Positions 48,601 to 57,198 of a stretch of DNA of 64,000 bases are shown here, in pieces (within the stretch, counting starts at the first letter, position 1; each line of letters opens with the position of its first letter). Location of the stretch: contig MU053934.1 in the NCBI GenBank assembly GCA_013239625.1, forward strand, positions 4,792,399 through 4,856,398. Direction: 5' to 3'. Both the position numbers and the translations under genes were made by a program. The notes below the pieces were generated by a model. It worked only from the letters and a program-made list of their open reading frames with translations. It was not told where the DNA came from and searched no databases. Source of the DNA: Lama guanicoe. Taxonomy: Eukaryota.

Positions 48601-51600
48601 CTACAACTTCCTTTACGCCCTCTCTCCATTCATCCATGGGATGGTACTAACCACACACAGGTGTATGGAGTAGTGACTGTGTGCATGGACCTTGGGGCCA
48701 GCTTGCTGGGCTTGAACCACAGTCCTTCCACTTACTAACAGTGTGACCCTGGGAAAGTTACTTCATCTCTTAGTACATAATTTCTGGTCATCTGAGGAAT
48801 GGGGGTAAAAGAGAGTTCGTAGGCCATTGTGTGGAGTAACGAATATGGAGTGTTTGAAACTGGGCTGCTCACAGTAAAGGTGTCACAGGTGCTTTATTAT
48901 TTTCCTGTGCCCCGTGCTGGACCTGGCCTGCCCTGCAGGAGGTCGTGCGCAGGGGCAGACACGGACGCAGCTGGGTGAAATGTTGCAGCTGCCCTGACCC
49001 TCAGGCTGGCCCTTTGCCTGAAGCCTGCTGGCCCTCCATCCCCACCTGCTGTCCCCACAGGTGGGCAACCTGGGCCTCCTCTTCATGCTGCTTTTCTTCA
49101 TCTATGCTGCCCTGGGCGTGGAGCTGTTCGGGAAGCTGGGTGAGTGATGCCCGAAAAAGGCCTGTGGGGGGGGGGCGGGTGTGTGGAACAGGTCTGGAGG
49201 AGGGCTTTGGTAGGGCAGGGAGTCCTGAGACCCCCCTGCCCACCAACTGTCATGTCAAGGTCTTTGTGTTGGGGTGGTGCCCCTGCTGCAGGCCCACAGT
49301 GGAATGGATGTGTAACCCTCAGCCATCCACACCTCTTGCCCAGTGTGAACAGGAGCTTTTGAGAGATGCTAGTCTGAGTCCAGTGCACACCCAGGCCTGT
49401 ACAGGGGACCCCCAGCTTGGAGTCCCCTCAGCCGTCTGAAGCCTCTCGGGAAAGCCCCTTCTGGCTCCACCTGCTGGTGCTGGTCCTGAGCCAGTGGCGC
49501 CCCAGCAGGCAGAGTGGCCAGGACACAGGCCGAGGGCAACACAGCTCCTGCCAAGCCCAGCCCTACACAGGGCTGGCTCCAGAACACAGGGTCCCTTGAG
49601 CATCAGCCTTTACCCACCCCATCCTCTCTTGCAGGAATTGATACCTGGGTGTGGGGAGGAGCCAGGCTCACCTGAGTTTGACTCCCAGCTTGTGTACCAC
49701 CTGCCTGGGCCTCAGTTTCTCCAGCTGTGGGCTGGGCATGGTCCGCACACACCTGAGGTTGTGGTGGGGATTCTGAGATGTGGCCAGGAGGCAGCAGTGC
49801 AGGGCAGGCTGTGCCTGGGGTGGGGCTGACCCCACTCTCCTTCCAGTCTGCAACGATGAGAACCCCTGCGAGGGCATGAGCCGGCACGCCACCTTTGAGA
49901 ACTTCGGCATGGCCTTCCTCACGCTCTTCCAGGTCTCCACCGGTGACAACTGGAATGGGATCATGAAGGTACTCGAGGGTGGGCTGGGGAGGGAGAGTCA
50001 GGCTGGGTTTCAGGTCTGACAGTCATGGACTCCCAGGGCCACGGGAGGGGTTGCAGGGCACAGAGAAGCAGAGGGACCTGCCTGGGACCCTGAAGCACAG
50101 CAAGGTGGAGTTGAGGCCAGAATAGCTTCTCTGTTCGCCCCTAAATGCTGCTGCGGGACCAGTGCTCAGATGCTAGGGGACCAGACTCCACCCAGGGCCA
50201 GAGGCTCCAGGCACTGCTCTTCCAGGTGCCAGGCCCTCGGGCGTTGGCCGCACTGCCCATCACCCAGCACAGGCTCCCTGTCCCCGGCCTGCAGTCTAGC
50301 TGGGCTGGGCAGGGAGGGGCTCCTGGAGGACAGATACGAGGCCTGGGCCCGGGGACCTCCGGGCCTCACCCTGCCTCCCCACCCCGCTGGGCACAGGACA
50401 CGCTGCGGGACTGCACCCACGACGAGCGCAGCTGCCTGAGCAGCCTGCAGTTCGTGTCGCCACTGTACTTCGTCAGCTTCGTGCTCACGGCCCAGTTCGT
50501 GCTCATCAACGTGGTGGTGGCCGTGCTCATGAAGCACCTGGACGACAGCAACAAGGAGGCCCAGGAGGACGCCGAGATGGATGCCGAGCTCGAGCTGGAG
50601 ATGGCCCACAGCCTGGGTCCTGGCCCGCGGCCACCTGCCAGCTCCCTGGGGGCGCCTGTGCCCGGCCAAGGGCCAGGAGGGGCGGGTGGCGGGGGCGACA
50701 CCGAGGGCCGCCTGTGCCGACGCTGCTATTCTCCAGCCCAGGTGGGCGGGGGCTGGAGGGGGCACCGGGGTCACCGAGGGCGGGCCCGCAGGGCTGGAAG
50801 GGCACCTGGGCCAGAAGGCCTCGGGCAGAGACCTCTGTCGTCTGGGGCCCCACCCTGCTCAGCTGTGTTGAAGGGGCGACCCTATGATGAGGGGGTCGGG
50901 CCCAGGCCACGGGCACAGTGAACCGGGAGGGCAGCTGTGCCCCGCCCACCCAGCCGTCCCCGGACCCGGCCGATAATCCCGCCTGTCCCCACCCCGTCCT
51001 CGTCCGCCTAGGAGAACCTGTGGCTGGACAGCGTCTCTTTAATCATCAAGGACTCCTTGGAGGGGGAGCTGACCATCATTGACAACCTGTCTGGCTCCAT
51101 CTTCCACCACTATTCCTCGCCGGCCGGCTGCGAGAAGTGTCACCATGACAAGCAAGAGGTAACGGCAGCCCCAGAGGGAGCATGGCATGAAGATGGTTGG
51201 GGGCTAACTCGAGGGGAGAGCTGGCGCTGGACAGAGGACCTGGTCAGGCTGACTTGGCCAATGCTGGCCCCTATGCCCGTGGCAGACCTGTCTCCCCGAG
51301 CCTGAGCTGGCCTGTCTGTCTGCACAGCGTGCACAGGTCTGCACAGCAGGCCCCAGAGAGCTGCGAGGCCCCGTGCTGTGCCTGTACACAGTGGGTGCTC
51401 AGAAAGGGCAGCTGCCCACCTTGGTGGCGGGCTGCTGGTGCCAACAGAAGGCCCCGGTGTCACCTCTGGTACAGTTTGCTTTTTCTGTGACACAAAGGGG
51501 TTCATCCCAGCATTCAAGGCCTGAGCACCCCAGAGCCTCCTCCAGGAGCTCCTGCCCTGGCCTCCAGCGGGGGACTCAGCCCCACCTTCCCAGGTGGAGT

Positions 51601-54600
51601 TTCCCAGATGAGCATCCCATGGCATCCAGTGGCCTCAGGCCTGTCTTGTGCAGGCTTAGGCAGGCCCTCTCCCCAGTAACGTGGGGCCCTGAGCTCCTCC
51701 CCAGGGGTACTCCTGAGCGGCCCCCCAGCCTGGGGTGGCTTCAAATACCCTAGGGTCCTCCACAGGCCCATAGGTGAGTCAGACCCAGCCCAGCCTCTCA
51801 GGGCACTTGGTCTGGGGGCAAGTAGGTCAGCTTTGGAGTTCACAGTCTGAGGCAACTTGCCTGCCCTCTGGCCCAGCCCTGGCCTGGCACCCCGCTGGCT
51901 GGGACATCTTGTGTCATCTCCCACCTCCAGCCGAGGCTGAGTCCCTACACGGAGGGACATGCCATCCATGCTCAGTGGATCTGTGGAGCTCTCTGACCAC
52001 TGTCCCATGTCTTTCTGGAGGACCAGCCTGCTCCAGCCCAGTGCCGGGGGTGATCTGAGGCTGCCACCTTTCCCTGCAGGTGCAGCTGGCAGAGACGGAG
52101 GCCTTCTCCCTGAATTCAGACAAGTCCTCGTCCATCCTACTGGGTGACGACCTGAGTCTAGAGGACCCCGCAGCCTGCCAGCTTGGCCCCAGAGACAGCA
52201 AGGTGAGCACCCCGGGTGGGCACCTGGGCAAGCGGGCTAGTCCTTGCAGCCTGGCCTCTGCCTGCCATGCCTGAATACTGCTCCTTCCCAGGGCACCATC
52301 TGAGGGGTACCCAGTGTGCTGGGCCCTCATCTCCTGTTGGTCAGATGAAGACAGGGGACAGAGAGGTGGAGATTTACCTAAAGTCACATAGCAACGAGTC
52401 CAGCCAGGGCTCCAATCTCAGCCTCCAAGTGACACTGCTCATTCACTGTGGCTTCGGATAATTTTTTATCCATGTAATGGGAATCATCCCTGGCAGGCTA
52501 TCCTTATGCGGGGGAGCTATGAGGCAGAAGAGAATAGGGGACAGTCATAACAGGTGCAAACATGTGCTGTGTGCGAGACTTGACTGGCACTCAGTGTGTC
52601 CGTCCCCCGGCTCTGTGCAGTGGGGATGATTTGTCTCCATCCACACAGAGGAAATGAGAGCTGAGGAGTGAGGTGGCTTGTCCTGTCACGCAACCAGGAA
52701 TGTCAGAGCTGGGAAGCCAGCCCTAGGGCTGGTCCCCAACCTCTGCCCTCGATGTGCTCAGTCTGAGCAGGCCAGGAGGGCTGGAAGGGCCACCTCGTGG
52801 ATCCTGCAGACTCAGGCAGGGGAGGTCTGCTGCCCAGCTAGTGACCTCCAGGCCAGGTCATTCTTGCCCCAGCTGGGGAATGTAAGGGGGAGTCCTTGGC
52901 CTGAGGTTGGGATGCAGTGGCCCTGCCCTAAGAGAGCCTCTGTCTCCCTGACCCCTGGGGCAGGCTGGGTTTGGCATCACTGTCCCCCAGGGCCCTCCTC
53001 CATCAGCTCTGGGAAGGCTGGGATGGGGGAAGTGGGTCTTCCCATCCCAGAGTCTATACCAGGTACTTGGCTACAGAGACAAGCAGACCTTCAAGGATCT
53101 TGGTGAGGAGAGAGCAGGAAACTTACCTGCCTGAGGCATCAGAGAGGGCTTCCTGGAGGTGGAGCCCTTTCACCCAGGTTTTGGAAGATGATGATTGCTG
53201 GCCAGATGGAGGAGGCGAGAAAAAGGCCACCCCAGGCAGTGAGAGCGGCCAAGCTAAGGGCTGAGTAGCAGGGCCATGAAGGCAGCTGTGGGAGTCTCAG
53301 CCTCTGTACTCACTCCATCATCCTGCCCCTTCCACCTCCCTTTCCCTGCAGGGTGAGCCAGACCCACCTGAGCCCATGCGTGTAGGGGACCTCGGTGAAT
53401 GCTTCTTCCCCTTGTCCAACATGGCTGTCTCGTCAAGTACGGAGAACTTCCTGTGCGAGATGGAGGCGATGCCGTTCAACCCCGTCCGGTCCTGGCTGAA
53501 ACATGAGAGCAGCCAAGGTGAGGGTGGAGCCTCGATCTCAGGTGTCGGCTTCAGAGGGAGCCGGCTGAATGTTTCCCTTAGTATTTTTGCCTAGACTGTT
53601 GTGTTGAGGCCAGAAAGAACCAGATGGGTAACTGACAATAAAAGATAGGCATCTCAGGCCCAATATGACAATAATGAAAGATCAGGAGCCAAAGATGACA
53701 GAGAGATGAGATGATAATCATACCAGAAATCTGGGCTAATGAAAGATTCATGCTGAGTTTCCTAGGAGCTGTGGTGAAAAAGGAAACAGGCTGGCACACA
53801 CAGCTCTCATCAAGCAGAAGGATAGCTGCCTAATTATTGGAGTGTTTTTCTAGAGTTGAATTTTGCGAGGTGTTTATCTTGCAGATCTTCACACAAGGTG
53901 ATGCTGAACAACAGAAAGCTTATTGTTCTCAATAGCCCTTTTGTACAATGCCCTGCCCTCAGCATCCCGTGTTTGTGGTGGCTCGTGGCCAGGCTATGAG
54001 CACAAGGACAGAGGACTAAGTTGGCCCGTCCATCCCTCGGGCTCACATTCACCTCTAGTCCCCTTGAGGGGTGACAGGATCTGGTTTCATAGCACCGGCT
54101 GGGGAGGAGGGCAGAGAGATGAGCTCAGCAGAAGAGGGACCCCCAGGATCCTGAGCCCACCCCAAGTACTCTCCAGGGAGGCCTGGCATTGAGCACTTCA
54201 CTGGAGCTGACTTTTCTGAGGACCTTCACTGGAGCTGATAGCCTCTGGACTGGACATGACAGCTGAGGTGCCAAGACCCCAGACATCCTGAACCAAAATT
54301 CAGGGCACAGGACCCGAGAGCCATTCTGATCTGATGAAGTTTCATCCTCTTTAGTCGACCAGTCATTAGTGTTTTCCTTAAATAATAAAATGACGCAGAT
54401 TAGGAATGCCCCTACCTGTGGACGTTCAAGCTTTCATCTTCATCCTGGAAGGCAGAGGTTGCTGTTGCCCCTACCCTGACCTGCTCCCTCTGCCACTTTC
54501 CCCTCACCCTCTCCTTGCCCCTCTCCATTCCCAGTGGAGCAGACCACGCAGATCCCCAGCACTCTGTCTGCTCTGCCATTAAGTGCAGAGCGCACCTGCC

Positions 54601-57198
54601 AGCTGTCCTGGAGGGGCCCCCAGGCCTGGCCGGGCCCTGTGGGTGTCAGGACCTAGGGGGTGACTATCACAGTGGGAGCTGCTGTGCACTGGACTGGGAG
54701 CACCTCAGTGACTCTGGCTCCTACAGCCTTCCCTCCGCTCCTTGAGGTAGGCAGCTGGTCCCCATTTCACAGAGGAAGGAGCCCAAGGGGCCTTGAGTCT
54801 GGGTCTGCTTGGCTCCAAAAACTGTGCCTTTGCCCAATGCCCATCCTCCCAGGAGTCACACGGGCAGGCTCAGTATTTCTCTCTTGCTTTTACAACAGGG
54901 ACACTGAGGCTCAGAGAGGGAGGCTTGCCCACAGTCTTGCAGCCAGTTTGTTAGGTAGTCCCTTCCTGCCAGCCCACTCTCCAGGAGCCTACCAGCCTGA
55001 GCCTGCTCCCCAGCCCCCTCTCCTTTCCCCCAGCAGCGCCCCAGAGCCCCTTCTCCACGGATGCTTCCAGCCCGCTCCTGCCCATGCCAGCCGAGTTCTT
55101 CCACCCTGCTGTGGCTGCCAGCCAGAAAGGGCAGGAGAAAGGCGCTGGTGCCGGGACCCTCCCCAAGATCGCCCTGCAGGGCTCCTGGGCATCCCTGCGG
55201 TCGCCCAGCGTCAACTGCACCCTCCTCCGGCAGGTATGGCATCTCCCGGCTCTGAGAACACTCCTGTCACTCCTGAGTGGGGCCTTAAAGGCCAGGGGCA
55301 GGGGAGGGGACGGGCCCAACCAAAGGCATGGAGCACAGCAATGCTGGGGGCACTTGGGAAAGTGAGGGGGTGGTGCTGAGACTTGAGGAAGGAGGTGGCA
55401 CTAGAGGCTGATTAAATGGGCAGAGGCAGGTCCTAGGGCATTTGGGGCAGTAGGGTATTGGGGGAGCCCAGGTAGGGGATCCTGAAGGAAGATCCTTGGA
55501 CTCTAACTTGAGGGGGTGGGGAGGAGGGGGCATTGGGATGCTATGCAGGGTGTAGGGAGTGGGTGGGCACCGAGGAGGTTGGGTGTGATTACTAGGGATA
55601 GAGGCGGGGAGGATGGGTCTGGGGGATGGGTTTGCAGGGCCACCTGAGTGGATTGGCCAGGGCCACCACCTAGGCACCCAGAGGATGTGGAGCACAGAGC
55701 AGAAGGTCCTGCAGACCTGATGTCCCCGTTTTGTGGGCAGGGGTCCAGGTCTCCGGGAGAGGCAGGAGCTGCCCCAGCTTGCACAGTGTAGTGGAGGCAG
55801 GGCCAGGCCCAGGGCTCTTCCAGTCACGTGTTCCATCAGTGACTGCTGACCTCAACTACACATCAGGCTGTAGCTATGCAAGATACAAAATCCCTGCCTC
55901 ACGGGGTTTATAGTTCAGTGTTTCGTGCCTGTGTTGCAGGGGTACAGGAGGAGACATGATAAACCAAAATAAATGAATGAAAAGTATAGTCTAGCCGATA
56001 GTGAGACCTGCCAGGGAAGGGGTGTGGGGGGAGCAGGGTGCTGGCAGCTCAGGTCGAGGGGCAGGGAAGGCAGGGAGGGGTGAAGCAGGTGGGTGTGGGG
56101 AAGAGCTTTCCAGGCAGCAGCTGGAGCAGCGGTTGGGGTGGGGTAGCGGAGTGGCATGGGGGCAGAAGGAGCCATGTGAGCAAGGGAGAGAGTGGTAAGA
56201 AGTGAGGTCCCAGAGGGGTGGGCTGGGGCCCAAGGGCTCTCACTCCCAGCGAGCCCCCAGCCTCCTGGGCTGGGGGCCAGGGTCTGACCTGGGTTTGAGC
56301 AGGATGATGCTGGCTACCCACTGGGAACAGGGGAGTGGGGTGGGGGCAGGGCGCTTAGTTGAAGTTCACTCAGAAGCCCAGACAGGTGGTGATGGGGCAG
56401 AGGGAGAAGCAGTGGGATACTGGATACGTTCTGAGTGAATTTCTGGGGGGCCGGAGGGGCCCGCGTGTCACCGGGAAGGGTGGGCTGCGGGAGCAGCGGG
56501 GCTGGGGAACACTGGGCAGCCCCCCATCCCCTGTGGCTTCCCCATAGGCCACAGGGAGCGACATGTCGCTGGAGGCCAGCCGCAGCAGCTCTGCAGGCAG
56601 CCTGCAGACCACGCTGGAGGATAGCCTGACCATGAGCGACAGTCCGCGACGCGCCCTGGGGCTGCCTGCGCCCACCCCGGGGCCCCACGCTGGCCTGTCG
56701 CCCGCCGCCCGCCGCCGCCTGAGCCTGCGGGGCCGGGGCCTGTTCAGCCTGCGCGGGCTGCGGGCGCACCAGCGCAGCCACAGCAGCGGGGGCTCCACCA
56801 GCCCGGGCTGCACCCAGCACGACTCCATGGACCCCTCGGACGAGGAGGGTGTGGGCGGCCGGGCCGGCGGGGGCGGCGGGGGCGCGAGCAGCGAGCACTC
56901 GGAGACCCTCAGCAGCCTCTCCCTCACCTCCCTCTTCGGGCCGCCGCCCCCGCCGCCCGGGCTCCCGCCCGCCCGCCGGTTCAGCAGCACCAGCAGCCTG
57001 GCCGCCGCCCCGGGCCGCCCCCGCGCCGCCGCCCGGCCCCGCGGCCTGGCCCGCAGCCCTTCCTGGGCCGCCAATCGCTGCAAGGACCCGCCGCGCCAGG
57101 CCGAGCCGGCCGCCGGCCGGGGCCCCTTGGCGCCGGAGCCGCCGCCGCCGCCGGGGGAGCCGCAGCCCGGAGACGCGGCGAGCCAGGGGAAGAGATGA
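9528..57198 (+). CDS. CACNA1I: Voltage-dependent T-type calcium channel alpha-1I (Cav3.3), 5'-partial spliced CDS, 32 exons
   Basis: Spliced translation gives domain I S5 through the C-terminus. Pore motifs TLEGWV/TQEDWN/SKDGWV/TGDNWN form the EEDD T-type filter. Cav3.3-type segments are present ([22 protein letters not shown], short I-II loop, His-rich II-III loop, long C-tail). Exon lengths sum to 5993 nt with consistent phases. Confidence 0.98.
11864..12302 (-). mobile_element. Internally deleted Tigger1-family (TcMar) non-autonomous DNA transposon
   Basis: Termini (ag)acatacctcggagata... and ...ataaggtatgccc match recalled Tigger1 inverted repeats; TA on the left flank. Confidence 0.8.
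13938..14137. mobile_element. MER58A-like hAT-Charlie MITE
   Basis: ggcaaact...cctgtttttgtaaataaagttttattgg...tggccctttacggaaaaagttt-like consensus blocks. Confidence 0.75.
14370..14505. mobile_element. MER3/MER33-like hAT-Charlie fragment
   Basis: atattttacttcacctgatatatccaaaatgttatt...gtgcaatcaatataaa. Confidence 0.55.
15417..15732 (+). CDS. CACNA1I: Exon 6 (domain I extracellular loop): [10 protein letters not shown]...YAWIVIFQ
   Basis: gacag|A acceptor, CAG|gtgagg donor, 316 nt. Confidence 0.97.
16845..16937 (+). CDS. CACNA1I: Exon 7 (domain I pore/S6): [13 protein letters not shown]...ILLII
   Basis: gcag|GTG acceptor, ATA|gtaagt donor, 93 nt. Confidence 0.97.
19722..20133 (+). repeat. 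CT-rich low-complexity polypyrimidine tract before exon 8
   Basis: No AG dinucleotide over the whole interval. Confidence 0.9.
20136..20448 (+). CDS. CACNA1I: Exon 8 (IS6 end, gating brake, I-II loop): VGSFFMINL...KEPRHY
   Basis: cacag|GTG acceptor, TACA|gtaagt donor, 313 nt. Confidence 0.97.
22844..23265 (+). CDS. CACNA1I: Exon 10 (I-II loop, IIS1): LCPQHSPLD...GIEHHQQ, with GC donor
   Basis: tttcag|AG acceptor; the frame requires the donor CAG|gccagt; 422 nt. Confidence 0.93.
24897..25081. mobile_element. MER63-like hAT-Blackjack MITE
   Basis: gttggtagcttgaaattggccgtggtgggagtatttacacca block; ccagtgg...ctgctgg termini; degenerate 8-bp target duplication gtccctgc/gctcctgc. Confidence 0.75.
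26226..26301 (+). repeat. 22-bp minisatellite (GGCAGGTGGTGAGGTGGRGGGC) x ~3.5
   Basis: Units start at 26226, 26248, 26270 and 26293. Confidence 0.9.
30837..30988 (+). CDS. CACNA1I: Exon 11 (IIS2-S3): [12 protein letters not shown]...SIIVII
   Basis: ctacag|CCC, AG|gtgctg, 152 nt. Confidence 0.97.
31090..31470. mobile_element. Old hAT-Charlie-like DNA transposon remnant (subfamily uncertain)
   Basis: AT-rich insert ending ...ttcatggacc...gggggtccacggaatccaagtt, resembling Charlie/MER termini. Confidence 0.5.
31645..31830 (+). CDS. CACNA1I: Exon 12 (IIS4-S5): [28 protein letters not shown]...FIF
   Basis: gcag|C, AG|gtgagc, 186 nt, S4 arginine repeat. Confidence 0.97.
32136..32253 (+). CDS. 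CACNA1I: Exon 13: [11 protein letters not shown]...AIVTVFQ
   Basis: cccag|C, CAG|gtaagc, 118 nt. Confidence 0.97.
32889..33044 (+). CDS. CACNA1I: Exon 14 (domain II pore/S6): ILTQEDWN...VEGFQAE
   Basis: cacag|ATC, GAG|gtgact, 156 nt. Confidence 0.97.
33537..33630 (+). CDS. CACNA1I: Exon 15: [31 protein letters not shown] (absent from the ORF track)
   Basis: tcccag|GGC, GAG|gtaaac, 94 nt; translated by hand. Confidence 0.95.
34286..34476 (+). CDS. CACNA1I: Exon 16: [13 protein letters not shown]...YDQRSL
   Basis: cccag|AT, CTG|gtgagt, 191 nt. Confidence 0.95.
35138..35617 (+). CDS. CACNA1I: Exon 17 (II-III loop, His-rich): [11 protein letters not shown]...EEEMDY
   Basis: cccag|TCC, TAT|gtgagt, 480 nt. 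Confidence 0.96.
35983..36083 (+). CDS. CACNA1I: Exon 18: [33 protein letters not shown]
   Basis: tgccag|ACT, AG|gtgggc, 101 nt. Confidence 0.96.
36822..36945 (+). CDS. CACNA1I: Exon 19 (IIIS1): [16 protein letters not shown]...IEAGST
   Basis: cccag|G, ACT|gtgagt, 124 nt. Confidence 0.96.
37182..37250 (+). CDS. CACNA1I: Exon 20 (IIIS2): [23 protein letters not shown]
   Basis: tttcag|GAA, AAG|gtacct, 69 nt. Confidence 0.96.
37802..37986 (+). CDS. CACNA1I: Exon 21 (IIIS3-S4): [15 protein letters not shown]...LRTLRPL
   Basis: cccag|GTG, CG|gtgacg, 185 nt. Confidence 0.96.
38405..38531 (+). CDS. CACNA1I: Exon 22 (IIIS5): [15 protein letters not shown]...ILGVQ
   Basis: gcag|T, CAG|gtgagg, 127 nt. 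Confidence 0.96.
39826..39951 (+). CDS. CACNA1I: Exon 23: [24 protein letters not shown]...FDNLGQ
   Basis: gctag|CTC, CAG|gtgagc, 126 nt; cactaat branch-point motif upstream. Confidence 0.96.
40447..40536 (+). CDS. CACNA1I: Exon 24 (domain III pore): [15 protein letters not shown]...VDQQ
   Basis: ttccag|GCC, CAG|gtgggc, 90 nt. Confidence 0.96.
41475..41534. repeat. (CA)n microsatellite, imperfect
   Basis: Read directly from sequence. Confidence 0.9.
41597..41790. repeat. Degenerate (GGAT)n simple repeat
   Basis: Read directly from sequence. Confidence 0.85.
42004..42196 (+). CDS. CACNA1I: Exon 25 (IIIS6, III-IV linker): [12 protein letters not shown]...LEKKRR
   Basis: cgcag|CCC, A|gtgagt, 193 nt. 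Confidence 0.97.
42802..42953 (+). CDS. CACNA1I: Exon 26 (IVS1): [14 protein letters not shown]...HYNQPT
   Basis: tgcag|AG, ACG|gtgagc, 152 nt. Confidence 0.96.
43995..44117 (+). mobile_element. Short L1 fragment (start of ORF2 endonuclease region)
   Basis: aatgtgaatggagtaaattctccccttaaaaggcagaga resembles the L1 ORF2 N-terminal NVNGLN coding sequence. Confidence 0.55.
44175..44284 (+). CDS. CACNA1I: Exon 27 (IVS2): [13 protein letters not shown]...RRFFKD
   Basis: tgcag|TCC, CG|gtgagc, 110 nt. Confidence 0.96.
44911..45044 (+). CDS. CACNA1I: Exon 28 (IVS3-S4): [12 protein letters not shown]...[10 protein letters not shown]
   Basis: tgcag|T, G|gtgagg, 134 nt. Confidence 0.96.
45826..45896 (+). 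CDS. CACNA1I: Exon 29: [23 protein letters not shown]
   Basis: cacag|TG, CAG|gtaaga, 71 nt. Confidence 0.96.
49061..49139 (+). CDS. CACNA1I: Exon 30 (IVS5): [26 protein letters not shown]
   Basis: cacag|GTG, G|gtgagt, 79 nt. Confidence 0.96.
49847..49968 (+). CDS. CACNA1I: Exon 31 (domain IV pore): [16 protein letters not shown]...[10 protein letters not shown]
   Basis: ttccag|TC, AAG|gtactc, 122 nt. Confidence 0.96.
50397..50741 (+). CDS. CACNA1I: Exon 32 (IVS6, proximal C-tail): [12 protein letters not shown]...CYSPAQ
   Basis: cacag|GAC, CAG|gtgggc, 345 nt. Confidence 0.96.
51012..51158 (+). CDS. CACNA1I: Exon 33: [20 protein letters not shown]...HDKQE
   Basis: cctag|GAG, GAG|gtaacg, 147 nt. 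Confidence 0.94.
52080..52202 (+). CDS. CACNA1I: Exon 34: [14 protein letters not shown]...PRDSK
   Basis: tgcag|GTG, AAG|gtgagc, 123 nt. Confidence 0.95.
53352..53517 (+). CDS. CACNA1I: Exon 35: [17 protein letters not shown]...KHESSQ
   Basis: tgcag|GGT, G|gtgagg, 166 nt. Confidence 0.94.
55037..55233 (+). CDS. CACNA1I: Exon 36: [23 protein letters not shown]...CTLLRQ (NAGNAG acceptor; alternative start 55034)
   Basis: cagcag| acceptor, CAG|gtatgg donor, 197 or 200 nt. Confidence 0.92.
56548..57198 (+). CDS. CACNA1I: Terminal exon 37, coding part: [11 protein letters not shown]...GDAASQGKR*
   Basis: ccatag|GCC acceptor, 651 nt to TGA at 57196-57198; CpG-rich. Confidence 0.95.
   Translation, partial: ATGSDMSLEASRSSSAGSLQTTLEDSLTMSDSPRRALGLPAPTPGPHAGLSPAARRRLSLRGRGLFSLRGLRAHQRSHSSGGSTSPGCTQHDSMDPSDEEGVGGRAGGGGGGASSEHSETLSSLSLTSLFGPPPPPPGLPPARRFSSTSSLAAAPGRPRAAARPRGLARSPSWAANRCKDPPRQAEPAAGRGPLAPEPPPPPGEPQPGDAASQGKR

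Noticed and set aside
54196..54238. 15-bp direct repeat CTTCACTGGAGCTGA with 28-bp period
   Set aside because: Only two copies; ordinary slippage duplication, not a CRISPR-like array.
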